This document shows, one piece after another, positions 62,012 to 64,000 of a stretch of 64,000 nucleotides of DNA (the first letter of the stretch is position 1; every line of letters begins with the position of its first letter). The position numbers and the translations under genes are program-made. Below the pieces are notes generated by a model. The model saw nothing but the letters and a program-made list of their open reading frames with translations, was not told where the DNA came from and made no database searches. The stretch is from Pseudomonadota bacterium (GTDB lineage Bacteria > Bdellovibrionota_B > Oligoflexia > Oligoflexales > CAIMVM01). Where the stretch lies: assembly GCA_037142195.1 (NCBI GenBank), contig JBAXBA010000005.1, positions 18,457 through 82,456 on the forward strand, given 5' to 3'.

Positions 62012-63025
62012 TTACTTCCAGGGCAAGGATTCAAGCAACAACTTTAGAAACTTGCCATTGTTTAGCTGATTGGGTACTGCTGGACTATTCATAGCAATCG
62101 GTGTTCGGATAGACACCATAATGTAATTCCACGCTGATTCACCGGGCTCATGAAGCTTTGTAAAAAGTGTCACAAGTTCTCCTTGTGCGGAAACACTTTC
62201 TAGTTGACCTTTATAGGAATAAACCTTGGGGGCATCTAGCTTAAGTGCCGGAATCTTTCCTAGTGCGTTCATGATCTGCTGAGCTGATTCTGGCGTACAA
62301 ACCTCACCCTTTCCACCACAATGGATCATGAGTTTAAGATCTGCATGGTAATGACCAGGATCATATTTAGGAAAGTGAAAAGAAGCTTTGAAAGCTTGCC
62401 CATTTAGATTGATCACGAAAGCGCGACGATCTATCAATCCAGAAAGATTTTTCCAAACCTCTGAGAGACTCGATCCGCCCTCCCAGCTAGGGGTGGCGTT
62501 CCAGTTGGTGCTATTCAGGGTTTTCAAAGCATGGGTACGCGCAGCTTGATTTTTGGCTCCCGTCACCAATAATTCCGTTTCACGGTTTCCCATAAGGATT
62601 TTGACAACCATCTTTCCGAACTTAGCAGCAGCTGGATCTCGAACCAAACGAACGAACGTTTTAGCAGTTGTGATAGGGTCAGCAAGGCCCAGCCCCAAAG
62701 ATCCGTCTTGAATCTCTCGTGCCGGAACCGAAGAAATCTGATCCGGAACACTTTCTGGACACGGAATTTGATCAACCAACAACGCCTCCAGATGATCCTC
62801 ACCGGTCGACTCAGATTCCAGGTCCTGCTGCGGAAAAGGAACCTCTCCAAGTGGTGCACTTCTAATACAGACGCCCCCATGATCCAGGACACTCAGCAAA
62901 TCCGAACTCCCTGCTCCGGCGACTTGAAATTCACTATATTGAGAGGTGCCGTGATCAGCCTGCTTGCAAGCAGCACTGCCAAGAACTAATAACATTACCG
63001 CAATCAGCCCAAGTGATTTAATCAT
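62012..63025 (-). CDS. Hypothetical lipoprotein
   Basis: MIKSLGLIAVMLLVLGSAAC lipobox; GGAG upstream of ATG 63025; no recognised family. Confidence 0.7.
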   Translation of the reverse strand: MIKSLGLIAVMLLVLGSAACKQADHGTSQYSEFQVAGAGSSDLLSVLDHGGVCIRSAPLGEVPFPQQDLESESTGEDHLEALLVDQIPCPESVPDQISSVPAREIQDGSLGLGLADPITTAKTFVRLVRDPAAAKFGKMVVKILMGNRETELLVTGAKNQAARTHALKTLNSTNWNATPSWEGGSSLSEVWKNLSGLIDRRAFVINLNGQAFKASFHFPKYDPGHYHADLKLMIHCGGKGEVCTPESAQQIMNALGKIPALKLDAPKVYSYKGQLESVSAQGELVTLFTKLHEPGESAWNYIMVSIRTPIAMNSPAVPNQLNNGKFLKLLLESLPWK

Positions 63026-63355
63026 AGCAAAGGATCTCCAGACAAAATTGGTCAGCAAGATTTGGATGGAAATAATTGTAGCAGCAAAGCCAACACAAGT
63101 ACAGAACCGCAAAAAGTGGCTTTCCACTGGTATGACTCAACCTTATAGAAACGCTGCGAGCTAAGGCGCCAGAGACTATATGCGGATTTTTAAACATTCA
63201 AAATCCGCAACTAGACCAACCTACTCGCTCGCGCTAACGACCTTCATGCTCGGTCTTTCTGCGTTTGAGCTAATGGCAACTGAAAACTAAGATTCGATAA
63301 ATGGCTTTGCTTCTGCCTAGATTGGTCTAGGAGCAACATTTTTTCTGACAGCATT

Positions 63356-64000
63356 TTAACGCGTTATGGCCTTATTAGGTTGTAGGAAAACAAGCCCAGT
63401 CACAGCAAGCAGTCCTCCCAAGCCGCCAAAATAAAAAGTGGAAGAGGGCCCAAAGATATCCCACAGAAATCCTGCTGTTGTACTTGCAAATACGGTTGCT
63501 ACACCGGTAATGGTGCCAAGAGCACCTAAAGTAAAAGCTTTTTGATTTTCTTGACTTAAATCCACGGCAAGAGCTTTTCCAACTCCATCTGTAGCAGCCA
63601 TATAAAGGCCATAAATGAGGAATAGCACCCAAATCTGAATCGGTGAAGTTGCTCTAGCAAAGCCAACATATACCGAAGTATAAACTAAAAACCCAGCCAC
63701 TAAAATGGCTTTGCGACTCATAGAATCAGAGAGCCTTCCCAATAGGGGGCTTAGGCATGAATACACCAAATTGTAAAAACAATAGACCAGCACCATTTCT
63801 TTGGTCGACATCCCAATGGCTTTAGATTTCAAAATAAGAAAGGCATCACTCGAATTGCAAAGAGCAAACAGACCCCAAGAGAAGAAATAAATCCGCAGAC
63901 TCCCATTAATATTTTTCCAAGGCATTAGAGTAAACTTCTGCGAGACTCCCACTGACCCCTGTGAACGAGATTCCTTTAAAAACAGAATACACATTACGGA
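63356..64000 (-). CDS. MFS transporter, C-terminal half (5' end outside the window)
   Basis: LFALCNSSDAFLIL, GRLSDSMSRK (motif A), YGLYMAATDGVGKA. Confidence 0.88.
   Translation of the reverse strand, partial: SVMCILFLKESRSQGSVGVSQKFTLMPWKNINGSLRIYFFSWGLFALCNSSDAFLILKSKAIGMSTKEMVLVYCFYNLVYSCLSPLLGRLSDSMSRKAILVAGFLVYTSVYVGFARATSPIQIWVLFLIYGLYMAATDGVGKALAVDLSQENQKAFTLGALGTITGVATVFASTTAGFLWDIFGPSSTFYFGGLGGLLAVTGLVFLQPNKAITR

Noticed and set aside
6413..62989. Numerous 60-140 aa ORFs overlapping confident genes
   Set aside because: Antisense or alternate-frame artefacts with no motifs or ribosome-binding sites

Overview
64 kb of bacterial chromosome, rich in secreted proteins and lipoproteins. 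The gene content suggests Bdellovibrionota/Oligoflexia (inference; no marker gene in the window). Left third: two giant adhesin-like lipoproteins on opposite strands with a decayed beta-propeller gene between them, then a di-heme cytochrome c (RoxA/CCP-like), a PQQ sugar dehydrogenase-cytochrome c fusion, pirin, OxyR and an ABC-F ATPase. Middle: an RCK-gated K+ channel, asnB, a run of secreted proteases of three catalytic classes, and a C/N assimilation block (ppc, amtB without glnK, gltBD). Right third: a HEPN/MNT pair, livHMGF without a binding-protein gene, a CPA2 antiporter, YceI, a compact ClpB, a cytochrome c lipoprotein, an IS21-like end relic and a partial MFS gene. The best candidate for an undescribed system is at 60229-61481. 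It is an exported (lipobox) ferrochelatase-fold protein that keeps the catalytic His, has Ala in place of the conserved Glu, has a second His in the N-terminal domain, and lies behind a Fur-box-like palindrome. This suggests heme binding or iron removal rather than heme synthesis. No rRNA, tRNA, CRISPR array, reverse transcriptase or intact transposase was seen. All family calls come from motif recognition, not database searches.
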